Positions 36,208-45,890 are shown, counted from the first letter of the stretch. The stretch is 64,000 bases of DNA from Stellaceae bacterium (GCA_035555315.1 DATMGU010000060.1:74612-138611); one strand, 5' to 3'. Made by a program: numbers and translations. Notes: generated from the letters alone by a model not told the origin.

Positions 36208-36539
36208 TGGCGATCCTGAGTTTCCTGTTCCCGAAGAAAAGCCCGAGCGCCTCGGTCGCCAAGGAGCGGCTGCAGATCGTCCTGGCGCATGAGCGCGCCG
36301 GCCGGGACGTGCCGGAATTCCTGCCCCGGTTGCAAAAGGAGATGCTGGCCGTGGTCGGCAAATATCTCGAACTGACCGAGGATATGATCAAGATCAACCT
36401 GCAGAGGCAGGGCGGCACGTCGATCCTGGAGATCAATGTCGAACTGGATAAGACCAAACTGGCGGCCCGTCATGGTGCGCCCGAGAAGCCGATCGGCGAG
36501 AAGCCAGCCATCACCAGCAGGCCCCCCAAGGGCGCCTGA
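36207..36539 (+). CDS. minE: cell division topological specificity factor MinE
   Basis: The ATG overlaps the minD stop (TGATG). The N-terminal sequence SASVAKERLQIVLAHER is canonical for MinE. Confidence 0.9.
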   Translation: MAILSFLFPKKSPSASVAKERLQIVLAHERAGRDVPEFLPRLQKEMLAVVGKYLELTEDMIKINLQRQGGTSILEINVELDKTKLAARHGAPEKPIGEKPAITSRPPKGA

Positions 36540-36571
36540 CGAATGGATGGCTGCGCGCGACCCCGCTGGTC

Positions 36572-36820
36572 TCAGCGGCGCGAACCGCTGAAGACGTAGG
36601 ACAGAATGGCGATCGGTATGACCACCACGGCGCCCAGCACCACATAGGGTGCCGCCCAATGGGTTATGCCGGTCACCACCGCCACGAGTTCACGGATCGT
36701 GCCGATCGTATCGTTGAACAGGTGCTGCGGCGTGATGTTGAAGAACGCCAGGATCAGGCCAACGACCAGGCACAAAAGAAGCAGCCGAATGATTGTGCCC
36801 ATAATCCTCGTCGTCCTCAT
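36572..36820 (-). CDS. small two-TM membrane protein, function unknown
   Basis: 82-aa ORF (or 76 aa from ATG 36802) with two hydrophobic helices. No recognisable motif, so this is called on codon bias and hydrophobicity only. Confidence 0.45.
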   Translation of the reverse strand: MRTTRIMGTIIRLLLLCLVVGLILAFFNITPQHLFNDTIGTIRELVAVVTGITHWAAPYVVLGAVVVIPIAILSYVFSGSRR

Positions 36821-37049
36821 TGCAGAGCGCCGTATCGCGCAACGGGCAATTTAGCAGAACTGCCGGCATGCCGGAAACCGCTTGTGGCACAAGCGGCTGC
36901 CGAAGGTCGGCAACGTCGCGATCGACAGCACCACGCGCTGGCGCACGCGTTCGAACAGCACAAGGCCAAGCCGGGTTTCGAGGGATGCCTTCAAGGAGGA
37001 CAGATCAGTCCCTCCTGGTTGACTTCGACGCCATCCCCGCCGACAATGC

Positions 37050-37065
37050 GTTCACATATGTGAAC
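37050..37065. promoter_or_regulatory. perfect 16-bp palindrome GTTCACATATGTGAAC upstream of iclR
   Basis: Read directly. It ends 12 nt upstream of ATG 37078. Confidence 0.55.
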
Positions 37066-37077
37066 GAAGGATTGGTG

Positions 37078-37872
37078 ATGTCCGAGCAAGCCCAAGCAGC
37101 CGTCAAATCGGCGGACAGAGTGCTGGATCTGTTCGAGCTCCTCGCGCATGCGGGTCGAGAGATGTCCCACAGCAATATCTCGGAGGTGCTGCAGATCCCC
37201 AAAAGCAGCCTCACCCAGTTGCTGAAGAACCTGCTGGCGCGCGGCTATATCGAGACGACGCCCAATGGCCGAGGCTACCGGCTCGGCGATACGCTGCTGA
37301 GTCTGTCGGAGAGCGCCGGCCAAATTCGCAACCTCGCCAGCCATGCGGAAGCGTTCCTGTCCGACGTGACCCGGGAGACCGGCGAGAGCAGCGCCCTCAA
37401 TCAGCTCAAGGGCGAGCAAACCGAGGTCGTCGCCAGCGTCCTCGGTCCGGCGCGGCTGGTGACGCATATGCGGCTCGGCGATCTCGCGCCACTCTACGCG
37501 ACCTCCGGCGGCAAGGCGATCTTGGCGCATATGCCGATGGTTTTTCAGGAAAACTACTTTTCGTGCGTTCGCTTCGAGGCGACCACGCCGACGACGCTGA
37601 AGAGTGTCAAGGCGCTGCGTCAGCAGCTCGCCGCGGTCCGGAAATCCGGCTTCGCCTTCTCGCATCAAGAATGGACCCCGGGGATCGTCGGCATCGCCGT
37701 GCCGTTGCTCGACATTACCGGCGCGCCGCTCGGCTCGATCAATGTCGCAATTCCCTCGGCACGCTTCGATGCGACGAAGGAAAGTCACGTCAAGAAAATG
37801 CTGCGACGTTCCTGCGACGGGCTAAGGCACCTGGTTCTCGGGCGCCGCCAAGGTGTCGCCGCCACGGGATAG
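37078..37872 (+). CDS. IclR family transcriptional regulator
   Basis: From ATG 37078 the sequence reads KSADRVLDLFELLAHAGREMSHSNISEVLQIPKSSLTQLLKNLLARGYI (winged-helix), followed by an IclR effector domain. Confidence 0.85.
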   Translation: MSEQAQAAVKSADRVLDLFELLAHAGREMSHSNISEVLQIPKSSLTQLLKNLLARGYIETTPNGRGYRLGDTLLSLSESAGQIRNLASHAEAFLSDVTRETGESSALNQLKGEQTEVVASVLGPARLVTHMRLGDLAPLYATSGGKAILAHMPMVFQENYFSCVRFEATTPTTLKSVKALRQQLAAVRKSGFAFSHQEWTPGIVGIAVPLLDITGAPLGSINVAIPSARFDATKESHVKKMLRRSCDGLRHLVLGRRQGVAATG

Positions 37873-37909
37873 TATCCGGCTCTATTGACAGGATCCGTCG
37901 GTTGGTGTG

Positions 37910-37933
37910 CAAATATGAACAAGTTCATATTTG
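37910..37933. promoter_or_regulatory. perfect 11-bp inverted repeat CAAATATGAAC-AA-GTTCATATTTG at the head of the mdlC cluster
   Basis: Read directly. It overlaps ATG 37915, and a TTGACA -35-like hexamer sits at 37885-37890. The half-site (A)TGAAC/GTTCA(T) is shared with 37050-37065. Confidence 0.55.
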
Positions 37934-38592
37934 AGAACAAGCGGGAGGATGGCCGGTTGGACAGCGTGGAGAACCCTGACCAGCTCACCATGGAGCGGGA
38001 TGCGGCGGCGGATCGCCGCCACATCCATGAACTCCTGGCGAATTGGGTCGTTTGGCGCGATGCCGGCTTGTGGGAGCGCTTTCGCACGGTCTGGCATGCG
38101 GACGGACGGATGATGGCGACCTGGTTTCAAGGCACCGGCGACGAATTCATCAAGGTCAGCCAGGAGGGATGGGCGCGTGGCGTCAGCATCCTGCACTTCC
38201 TCGGCGGCACTTCGATCGATCTCGCCGGCAAGCGGGCGATCTCGCAAACCAAAATGACCATTTCCCAGCGTGGCGAAGTCGACGGGATCCTTTGCGATGT
38301 CGTGTGCACCGGGCGCTTCTACGACTTTCTGGAAAAGCGCGACGGGCGCTGGGGCATCGTGCTGCGCCAGCCGATCTATGAGAAAGACAGGATGGACCCG
38401 GTCTCGCCATCCGCGAGACTGGACCTCGAAGCGAGGCTCCTCGAGCGCTTCCCCGAAGGATACAGGCATCTCGCCTACATGCAGACCCGTATCGGCTACA
38501 CCGTGAAGCCCGACATGCCCGGCCTCAAAGGGCCGGAGGTCGAGCGGCTCTACCGGCTTGGCGACACCTGGCTCACTGGCGGCGACCTATAG
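37915..38592 (+). CDS. NTF2/SnoaL-like superfamily protein
   Basis: The sequence DRRHIHELLANWVVWRDAGLWERFRTVWHADG... is typical of SnoaL_4/NTF2-like proteins. The start is uncertain, either ATG 37915 or ATG 37990 (MERDAAADRR). Confidence 0.65.
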   Translation: MNKFIFENKREDGRLDSVENPDQLTMERDAAADRRHIHELLANWVVWRDAGLWERFRTVWHADGRMMATWFQGTGDEFIKVSQEGWARGVSILHFLGGTSIDLAGKRAISQTKMTISQRGEVDGILCDVVCTGRFYDFLEKRDGRWGIVLRQPIYEKDRMDPVSPSARLDLEARLLERFPEGYRHLAYMQTRIGYTVKPDMPGLKGPEVERLYRLGDTWLTGGDL

Positions 38593-38711
38593 GAGGCATA
38601 GGAGCGAACCCGCCGCGTAAGCTCCACGACCGGAAGGTCCGCTTTGTCGAGCAAGATATGAATTAACGCGAAGCTCTTCTTCCATAAAAACATAAATAAA
38701 GGGAGGCGGTT

Positions 38712-40067
38712 GTGGATCGTCGTGTCATCGACGTCGCGGAAGTTATGGGCAAGGCGGAGCTATCTTATCTGCCGATCGTGATCGCCGCGATGTGCGGCCT
38801 GCTGGCCGTGTGCGACGGGCTCGATAACCAGGCGCTCGCTTTCACCGCACCGGTGATCGCGGGCCAATGGGGTATCAAGATGCCGGCATTCGTACCGGTG
38901 TTCACAGTCGGCCTGGTCGGCCTGATGGCCGGCTCCTTCGCCGGAGGTTGGCTGGGCGATCGTTTCGGACGCAAGACGGCGATCCTGGCGGCCGCGCTGT
39001 GCTTCGGCGCAACCACGCTGGTGACGCCCTGGTGCACGAACTTGGAACAGCTGATGATCGTCCGCTTTATCGGCGGGCTTGGGATCGGTGGGCTTCCGTC
39101 GGCGCTCGCGGCCTTGATCGCCGAAAGCGCGCCCGAACGAAACCGGGCCACTCTCACACTCTGGGCCCTTGTCGGCATTCCCGTCGGTGGCTTCATCGGC
39201 GGCTTCGCGGCGTCCTGGATGATCCCGCATTATGGCTGGCAATCGGTTTTCCTCGCGGCAGGCTTTCTCAGTCTCGCCGTGCTTCTGCTGGCTGCGCTGC
39301 TCATCCCGGAATCGACCCATTTCCTCGCGCTGCGCCATATTCGAGCGCCGCAACTAGCCGACACCCTCAACCGCATCAACCCGAACGGCGGATACGGGAC
39401 GAACGACGACTTCATTCTCCCGGCGTCCGATCAACAGGCCACGTCTCTCCCGAGCCTCTTCACGGACGGGCGCGGTCGCATGACGGCCTTATTCTGGATC
39501 GCCGAGATAGTCGAACTCATGATCTTCTATGTGCTCGTGAACTGGACACCGACTCTCTTCCGGGAAACCGGCCTTCCGATCGAGACCGCGGTGCTCGGCA
39601 CGGCGGCGCTCAACATGGGCGCGATTCTCGCCACCATCGGGCTTGGGCCGATCTGCCAACGGTTCGGTGAGCAACGCGTCACCGCCGCGACCTTCGTCGT
39701 CACATCAATAGCACTGCTTGTCATGGTCCAGGGAGCGGGACATCTGGCATCCATGATGATCGGCGTCTTCTTCGCTGGCGCCGGTTGCATCGGCGGCCAG
39801 GCGGCGGTCGTGATGCTGATGGCCAAGCGTTATCCCACCGGTATCCGCTCCATCGGGGTCGGCTGGGCGCTGACGGTGGGGCGGATCGGATCGATCATCA
39901 GCCCGTCCGTGGTGGGCATTCCCCTCGCGATGGGATGGAGCGCGTTCCAGATTCTCACGCTGCCGATCCTGCCTTCGTTGCTGGGCGCTCTGTGCATCGC
40001 GCTCGCCCGCGACGGCGCAATCGATCGCCCCAAGAGCTCGCCGGCGATTTCTCTTCCTCGGGCTTAA
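38712..40067 (+). CDS. MFS transporter, aromatic acid:H+ symporter (PcaK-like) family
   Basis: 12-TM pattern with the MFS loop motif GDRFGRKTAIL. The GTG start is preceded by a GGGAGG Shine-Dalgarno 5 nt upstream. Confidence 0.85.
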   Translation: MDRRVIDVAEVMGKAELSYLPIVIAAMCGLLAVCDGLDNQALAFTAPVIAGQWGIKMPAFVPVFTVGLVGLMAGSFAGGWLGDRFGRKTAILAAALCFGATTLVTPWCTNLEQLMIVRFIGGLGIGGLPSALAALIAESAPERNRATLTLWALVGIPVGGFIGGFAASWMIPHYGWQSVFLAAGFLSLAVLLLAALLIPESTHFLALRHIRAPQLADTLNRINPNGGYGTNDDFILPASDQQATSLPSLFTDGRGRMTALFWIAEIVELMIFYVLVNWTPTLFRETGLPIETAVLGTAALNMGAILATIGLGPICQRFGEQRVTAATFVVTSIALLVMVQGAGHLASMMIGVFFAGAGCIGGQAAVVMLMAKRYPTGIRSIGVGWALTVGRIGSIISPSVVGIPLAMGWSAFQILTLPILPSLLGALCIALARDGAIDRPKSSPAISLPRA

Positions 40068-40085
40068 TACCGATCGCAAAGGACC

Positions 40086-41711
40086 ATGGCGGCCATGACT
40101 GATAACGCCTCCCTCACCGGCACCGTGAAGCAGGTGACGCTCGACCTGCTGCGTGGCTTCGGCATCGACACGGTCTTCGGCAATCCCGGATCCACCGAAC
40201 TGCCGTTCCTGGACGCCTGGCCGAACGATATCCGTTACATCCTGGGTCTCCAGGAATCGTCGGTCGTCGCCATGGCCGACGGTTATGCGCAAGCGACCGG
40301 CAACGCCGCCTTCGTCAACCTGCATTCGGCGGCGGGACTCGGCCATGCGCTCGGCAACATCTACACGGCGTTTCGCAACCAGACGCCGATGGTCATCACC
40401 GCCGGCCAGCAGGTCCGCGAGCTTCTGCCGATGCATCCTTATCTGTTCGCAGAGCAGGCAACCGAGTTTCCCAAGCCCTACGTCAAGTGGAGCTGCGAGC
40501 CGGCACGTGCCGAGGATGTCCCCACGGCCATCGCGCGCGCTTATTACACGGCCATGCAAAAGCCGTGCGGCCCGACTTTCGTGTCGATCCCGATCGACGA
40601 CTGGAACGTCGCCGCGCAGATGCCACGCGTCCGGACCGTCGCCCGCGATGTGGCACCCGATCCCGCCTTGCTGCGGTCGCTGGCCGAAGCCCTCGATCGC
40701 AGCGAGCGCCCGGCGCTCGTCGTCGGAGCCCAGATCGATCAGGAGAATGTCTGGGACGCGACGGTGCGGCTCGCGGAGGCGACCAACGCCGCCGTTTGGG
40801 TGGCGCCGTTCTCCAGCCGTGCCAGCTTTCCCGAGCGCCACCCGCTCTTCCAAGGCTTCTTGCCGGCCGCCCCCCGCGCCGTCGGGACAGCGCTCGAGGG
40901 CTACGACGCGGTCGTCGTGCTGGGAGCGCCCGTGTTCACGTTCCATGTGGCCGGACAATGCGATCTGTTTGTCCGCGACGTGCCGCTTTTCCAGATCACC
41001 GACGATCCCGGCGCCGCGGCGCGCGCCGCCATCGGCACGAGCATCATCGGCAGCTTGCGCCTGGGCCTCCCGGAACTGCTCGGCATGATCCAGGCCCGCG
41101 ACAGGCAACCACCGCCGCGCCGGAAGATGCCGTCGCAACCCGCGCCCAGCACGCCGATCCGCGCCGAGTACCTCCTGCATGTCCTGTCCGAAATCCTGCC
41201 GGAGCGCGCTATCGTCGTGGAAGAGGCACCGTCTCATCGTCCGGCTCTGCAGGATCATCTTCCCTTCGACCGTCCCGGCTCGTTCTACACGATGGCCAGC
41301 GGCGGCCTCGGTTTCGGATTGCCCGCCGCGGTCGGCTTCGCACTCGCCGATCCGTCGCGGCGCGTTGTCTGCGTCATCGGGGACGGCTCGGCCATGTACT
41401 CCCTGCAGGCATTGTGGACCGCGGCGCAGCATCGGGCGCCGCTCACGGTGGTCATCATCAACAACCACGGCTACGGCGCCATGCGTGCCTTCAGCCGGGT
41501 TCTCGGGGTGCGCAATCCTCCAGGCATCGATCTGCCCGATCTGGATTTCGTCCAGCTCGCGGCGGGGCTCGGCTGCCCGGGCCGTCGTGTCAGCCAGCCC
41601 GACGAGCTGAAGGAGGCATTGCGGGAAGCCTGCGCGACACCGGGGCCATGTCTCGTCGAGGTCGTCGTGGATCCGCGGATTCCGCATCTCTACGACAAGG
41701 TGAAGGCCTGA
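40086..41711 (+). CDS. mdlC: benzoylformate decarboxylase-like ThDP-dependent enzyme
   Basis: The N-terminal PYR domain (VFGNPGSTELPFL), the ThDP motif (GDGSAMYSLQALWTAAQ...NN) and the overall sequence resemble MdlC from memory. Confidence 0.8.
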   Translation: MAAMTDNASLTGTVKQVTLDLLRGFGIDTVFGNPGSTELPFLDAWPNDIRYILGLQESSVVAMADGYAQATGNAAFVNLHSAAGLGHALGNIYTAFRNQTPMVITAGQQVRELLPMHPYLFAEQATEFPKPYVKWSCEPARAEDVPTAIARAYYTAMQKPCGPTFVSIPIDDWNVAAQMPRVRTVARDVAPDPALLRSLAEALDRSERPALVVGAQIDQENVWDATVRLAEATNAAVWVAPFSSRASFPERHPLFQGFLPAAPRAVGTALEGYDAVVVLGAPVFTFHVAGQCDLFVRDVPLFQITDDPGAAARAAIGTSIIGSLRLGLPELLGMIQARDRQPPPRRKMPSQPAPSTPIRAEYLLHVLSEILPERAIVVEEAPSHRPALQDHLPFDRPGSFYTMASGGLGFGLPAAVGFALADPSRRVVCVIGDGSAMYSLQALWTAAQHRAPLTVVIINNHGYGAMRAFSRVLGVRNPPGIDLPDLDFVQLAAGLGCPGRRVSQPDELKEALREACATPGPCLVEVVVDPRIPHLYDKVKA

Positions 41712-41786
41712 TGCCGTCAGTGACACGCGATCCCGCGACCAAGGCTTGAAATCCATTCGGTTGGTGTCCCGACAGGAGAGAACACG

Positions 41787-43232
41787 ATGCTCGAAGCCAC
41801 GCTGCTGATCGACGGCGCGCCGCGAATGACGGCTCGGACCTTCACGCGCCGCAACCCGGTGACCGGAGATGTGACGACCACCGCCGCCGCGGCCAGCGAA
41901 GCCGATGCCGTCGCGGCCGCGGACGCTGCCGCCGTGGCCTTCGTGACGTGGTCTCAGACCGGCCCCTCCGCGCGCCGGCGGCTCATCTCGCGAGCCGCCG
42001 ATCTCCTGCGGGGCCGGATCGACGATCTGGTCGCAGCGATGATGGATGAAACCGGCGCATCGGAGGCATGGTCGCGCTTCAACGTTCATCTCACCGAAGA
42101 CATCATGCGAGAAGCGGCGGCGGCCACCACCCGCTCCGCCGGCGAGGTCCTGGCAACCGATAAGCCGGGCTGCCTCTCGTTCGCGGTACGGCAGCCGATC
42201 GGCGTCTGTCTCGCCATCGCGCCCTGGAACGCGCCGCTCATTCTCGGTATGCGATCGATCATCTGGCCTCTCGCCTGTGGCAACAGCGTCGTCCTGAAGG
42301 CGTCGGAACTCTGCCCCGGCACGCACCGGCTGCTCGGCGAAATCCTGGTCTCGGCAGGTTTTCCGAAGGGCGCCGTCAACGTCGTGATAAACGCGCCCGA
42401 GGATGCAGCAAGCATCGTCTCGACCCTGATCGCACACAAGGCGGTGCGCCATATCAATTTCACCGGTTCGAGCCATACCGGCCGGATCATTGCCATGGAG
42501 GCCGCGCGCCATCTCAAGCCCGTCCTGCTCGAACTTGGCGGTAAAGCGCCCTTGCTCGTGCTCGACGATGCCGACCTGGACGCCGCCGTCCGTGCGGCGG
42601 CCTTCGGCGCCTTCATGCATCAAGGCCAGATATGTATGTCGACCGAACGCGTCGTCGTCGACCGTCGGGTCGCCGATAGCTTCACGGTAAAATTTGCCGC
42701 AAAGGCGAGCTCGCTCGCAGCCGGCGACCCGCGCACCAGCAATGCGCCGCTCGGATCGCTCATCAGCAGGGAAGCAGCGGATCGTGTCGTGGCGTTGATC
42801 GACGACGCCGTGGCGAAAGGCGCCAAGCGGCTGTGTGGCGGCGCCCGCGACGGCACGATCATGGATGCGACGGTTCTCGATCACGTGACGCCGCAGATGC
42901 GTATCTATCACGAGGAGTCGTTCGGCCCGGTGGCCTGCGTCGTCCGCGCCGAGAACGACGAGGACGCGATCCGCATCGCCAACGACACGGAATACGGCCT
43001 CGCCGCCTCAGTCTATAGCCGCGACGTGTCCCGCGCCCTCGGCGTCGCGCGACGCATCGAAAGCGGCATTTGCCATGTCAACGGCCCAACGGTTCAAGAC
43101 GAAGCCCCGGTACCGTTCGGCGGAGTCAAGGCGAGCGGTTACGGCAAATTCGGCAGCGTCGAGGGCTTGAACGCCTTCACGACCCTGCGCTGGCTGACAA
43201 TCGAAAGCCAGGAGCCGCATTATCCGTTCTGA
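41787..43232 (+). CDS. NAD(P)-dependent aldehyde dehydrogenase (benzaldehyde/vanillin dehydrogenase-like)
   Basis: Contains ELGGKAP (catalytic Glu) and GQICMSTER (catalytic Cys). 481 aa. Confidence 0.9.
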   Translation: MLEATLLIDGAPRMTARTFTRRNPVTGDVTTTAAAASEADAVAAADAAAVAFVTWSQTGPSARRRLISRAADLLRGRIDDLVAAMMDETGASEAWSRFNVHLTEDIMREAAAATTRSAGEVLATDKPGCLSFAVRQPIGVCLAIAPWNAPLILGMRSIIWPLACGNSVVLKASELCPGTHRLLGEILVSAGFPKGAVNVVINAPEDAASIVSTLIAHKAVRHINFTGSSHTGRIIAMEAARHLKPVLLELGGKAPLLVLDDADLDAAVRAAAFGAFMHQGQICMSTERVVVDRRVADSFTVKFAAKASSLAAGDPRTSNAPLGSLISREAADRVVALIDDAVAKGAKRLCGGARDGTIMDATVLDHVTPQMRIYHEESFGPVACVVRAENDEDAIRIANDTEYGLAASVYSRDVSRALGVARRIESGICHVNGPTVQDEAPVPFGGVKASGYGKFGSVEGLNAFTTLRWLTIESQEPHYPF

Positions 43233-43336
43233 TCGGAGCCGCGAGACAGTCGGTCCAAGATCATTTCCCGCCTTGGCAAAGCCTTCGCAGCATCAGTCGG
43301 ACTGACGCTCAGCGGAGGAATGCGAGGGCGTTTTGG

Positions 43337-44032
43337 CTAGGAGGCGGCACTCGCCAGTTGCATGGCCTTGGCTTCCAGCAGGTTCTTCAGGCCCTCATAC
43401 CCGTTGCGGGCCAGAACCGAGGAGAATTCCGACCGGCGCGTGGCCAGCTCGCTGATCGTGCCGGTCAGGAAGATGTCGACCACCTTCCATTGCCCATCGG
43501 TCTGGCGGACGAGATAGTTGAGCGCCACCGGCTGATCGGAAGGCCGCACCAGCTCGGTCGACACCAAAACGCCGGTGCCGCTCGGCCGTTCGCCCTTGAG
43601 GTCGAACCGCTCACCGGAATAGCCGTCGAACCGGTGAGCATAGGTCGCCGTGATGAACCGGCGGAAAGCGTCGGTGAGGCTGGCCTGCTGCTCGCTCGAC
43701 AGGGAACTCCAAGCCGAACCGACCGCGATGCGAGTCATCGTCGGCACGTCGAAGCTGCTGGCGACGATCGGCGCGAGGGTGGCGAAACGCCCCTCATAGC
43801 CGAGCTTGTCGGCGTTCTTCATCACCGAGAGCAGGCCGTCATCGAGCTTCGCGACGGTGGCTGAAGCACTGGGGCCGCCCACGGTGGCGGGGGCGCTGGC
43901 AGGAGGTTGCTGACCGGCCGCCAGGGTTTGCGCCGCGGCAATGGCGGGGAGTCCGGCGGAAAGTCCGGCCACAGCCAAGCCGGCGGCCAAAGCGATGGTG
44001 CGAAAGGGGTGGCATATCATGATCTTACTCAT
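43337..44032 (-). CDS. MlaC/Ttg2D family lipid-binding periplasmic protein
   Basis: From ATG 44032 there is a signal peptide, then FDVPTMTRIAVGSAWSSLSSEQQASLTDAFRRFITATYAHRF ... WKVVDIFLTGTISELATRRSEF, which is the MlaC pattern. Confidence 0.75.
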   Translation of the reverse strand: MSKIMICHPFRTIALAAGLAVAGLSAGLPAIAAAQTLAAGQQPPASAPATVGGPSASATVAKLDDGLLSVMKNADKLGYEGRFATLAPIVASSFDVPTMTRIAVGSAWSSLSSEQQASLTDAFRRFITATYAHRFDGYSGERFDLKGERPSGTGVLVSTELVRPSDQPVALNYLVRQTDGQWKVVDIFLTGTISELATRRSEFSSVLARNGYEGLKNLLEAKAMQLASAAS

Positions 44033-44313
44033 GCGGTTTATATCGGCGGTGGCCCGATCAAAGCAATGGGTGGGAGTTCGGCCCCAATAACCGATATTGC
44101 GCTGCGGTATATAGAGGCAAGTGATTAAGAGAACAGCTCTTTTCGCAAGACTTAGGCTAAATCGGCGGTCATTGTGGCATCGTGGACGCAGCATTGCGTA
44201 AAATTCATGAGGGAAAGCCGGTTGCTTTCGGTGGCCGTCGACCCGACCATGGCGCCGCACCCCCCGGCCACGGGGACCTCTAAAGGACCACCTGTGCCCG
44301 AGGGAAAGGACCG

Positions 44314-45270
44314 ATGATCCGCAGCGAGCTGTTTCCGCCGATCGAGCCGTATCGCACCGGCATGTTGCGGGTCGATCCCGTCCACGCGCTGTATTGGGAG
44401 GAATCCGGCGATCCACAGGGCGTCCCGGTGGTGTTCCTCCATGGCGGGCCGGGCTCCGGCGCCACGCCGACGCATCGGCGATTCTTCGACCCCGCCTATT
44501 ACCGGATCGTCGTCTTCGACCAGCGGGGTGCCGGCCGCTCGCTACCCCTGGGCGAACTCACCGACAATACGACGCCCCATCTCATTGCCGATATCGAGGC
44601 TTTGCGACACCATCTGGGTATCGCTCGCTGGCTGGTGTTCGGCGGATCCTGGGGCTCGACCCTCGCCATCGCCTATGGCGAAGCGCATCCGGAGCCCTGC
44701 CTGGGTTTCGTCCTGCGCGGCATTTTCCTATGCCGCCCGGCGGAGATCGATTGGTTCCTGTACGGCATCCGCACCGTCTTTCCGGAGGCCTGGCAGGCCT
44801 TCGCCGGTTTTCTGCCGGAAGGCGAGCGGAGCGATCTGCTGACCAATTACTATCGCCGGCTGACCCACCCGGACCCCGCCATCCATCTCCCCGCCGCGCG
44901 CGCCTGGAGCACCTATGAGGGATCGTGCTCGACCTTGCTGCCCAGCCCCAACACGGTGGCGGTCTTCGGCGAGGACCGGATGGCGCTGGGCCTTGCCAAG
45001 ATCGAGGCGCATTATTTCATCAACGAGATCTTCCTGCCGCGCGGCGACTTATTGGCGCGCATCGACCGGTTGCGCCAGATCCCGGCGATCATCGTGCAAG
45101 GCCGCTATGACATGATCTGCCCGGTGATAACCGCCGACGATCTGGCCCATGCCTGGCCCGAGGCGGATTATACGGTGATCCCCGACGCCGGCCATTCGGC
45201 GATGGAGCCGGGCATCCGCAGCCAATTGCTGGCGGCGACCCATAAGATGAAGCGCCGCGCGCTGGGGTAA
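44314..45270 (+). CDS. pip: prolyl aminopeptidase (proline iminopeptidase)
   Basis: Contains HGGPGSG, VVFDQRGAGRS and the nucleophile elbow GGSWGSTL. 318 aa, typical of Pip. Confidence 0.9.
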   Translation: MIRSELFPPIEPYRTGMLRVDPVHALYWEESGDPQGVPVVFLHGGPGSGATPTHRRFFDPAYYRIVVFDQRGAGRSLPLGELTDNTTPHLIADIEALRHHLGIARWLVFGGSWGSTLAIAYGEAHPEPCLGFVLRGIFLCRPAEIDWFLYGIRTVFPEAWQAFAGFLPEGERSDLLTNYYRRLTHPDPAIHLPAARAWSTYEGSCSTLLPSPNTVAVFGEDRMALGLAKIEAHYFINEIFLPRGDLLARIDRLRQIPAIIVQGRYDMICPVITADDLAHAWPEADYTVIPDAGHSAMEPGIRSQLLAATHKMKRRALG

Positions 45271-45374
45271 TCCAACGGCTCTAGCCGGATCAGCCGGTTC
45301 CGCCTATCGTGCGGCAAATCGCGCAACCGGAGTGCCCCAGCTTGCTTCACACCCTTCATCGCGTCTTTCACCGC

Positions 45375-45890
45375 ATGGCTCGGCATTCGGCCAAAGCACT
45401 TTTGCTGATCCTTGGCCTATCGGCCGTCTCGGCCGCGACCCCGGCCCAGGCGCAGCAAATCGACGGGCGCGATCAAAGCTATCTGGCACTCAGCGTCGGC
45501 GGCTTCGACGTATTGCATGGCAATAACGCCGCCGTGTTCCGCGGCGAGTTCCGCTCCGGTCAACGCCTTTGGATCTTCAAACCGATCGTCGGCGCCGAGG
45601 TGACCTCGGATGGCGCCGCCTATGGCTATGGCGGCGTCGGGGTCGACATCTATTTTGGCGATCACGTCGTGCTGACCCCGAGCTTCGCCGCCGGCGCCTT
45701 CGAGCGCGGCAATGGCAAGAAGCTGGGATCTTGGGTGGAATTCAAATCGGCCGCCGAGGTCGCCTACCGCTTCGACAACAGCACCCGCCTCGGCGTCGAA
45801 TTCGACCACATCTCGAATGCCGGCCTGACCAAATACAATCCGGGCGTCGAGTCCCTGCTGCTCGTCTATGCCATACCGCTCGGCTTCTAG
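45375..45890 (+). CDS. acyloxyacyl hydrolase / lipid A deacylase (PagL-like) outer-membrane protein
   Basis: From ATG 45375 there is a signal peptide ending AQAQQ and beta-barrel-like alternation. The catalytic-type motif EFDHISNAG is present. Confidence 0.75.
   Translation: MARHSAKALLLILGLSAVSAATPAQAQQIDGRDQSYLALSVGGFDVLHGNNAAVFRGEFRSGQRLWIFKPIVGAEVTSDGAAYGYGGVGVDIYFGDHVVLTPSFAAGAFERGNGKKLGSWVEFKSAAEVAYRFDNSTRLGVEFDHISNAGLTKYNPGVESLLLVYAIPLGF

Noticed and set aside
36540-36571. Short stem ccgctg-gtct-cagcgg between minE and the convergent small membrane gene
   Set aside because: The stem is only 6 bp with no U-tract, which is not convincing as an intrinsic terminator.
39705-42911. 1068-aa minus-strand ORF, the longest but one in the track
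   Set aside because: It runs antisense across three well-supported plus-strand genes (MFS transporter, MdlC-like, aldehyde dehydrogenase). Its translation is Arg/Gly/Ala/Asp-rich low-complexity text with no motifs. Long stop-free antisense frames are expected in GC3-biased genomes.
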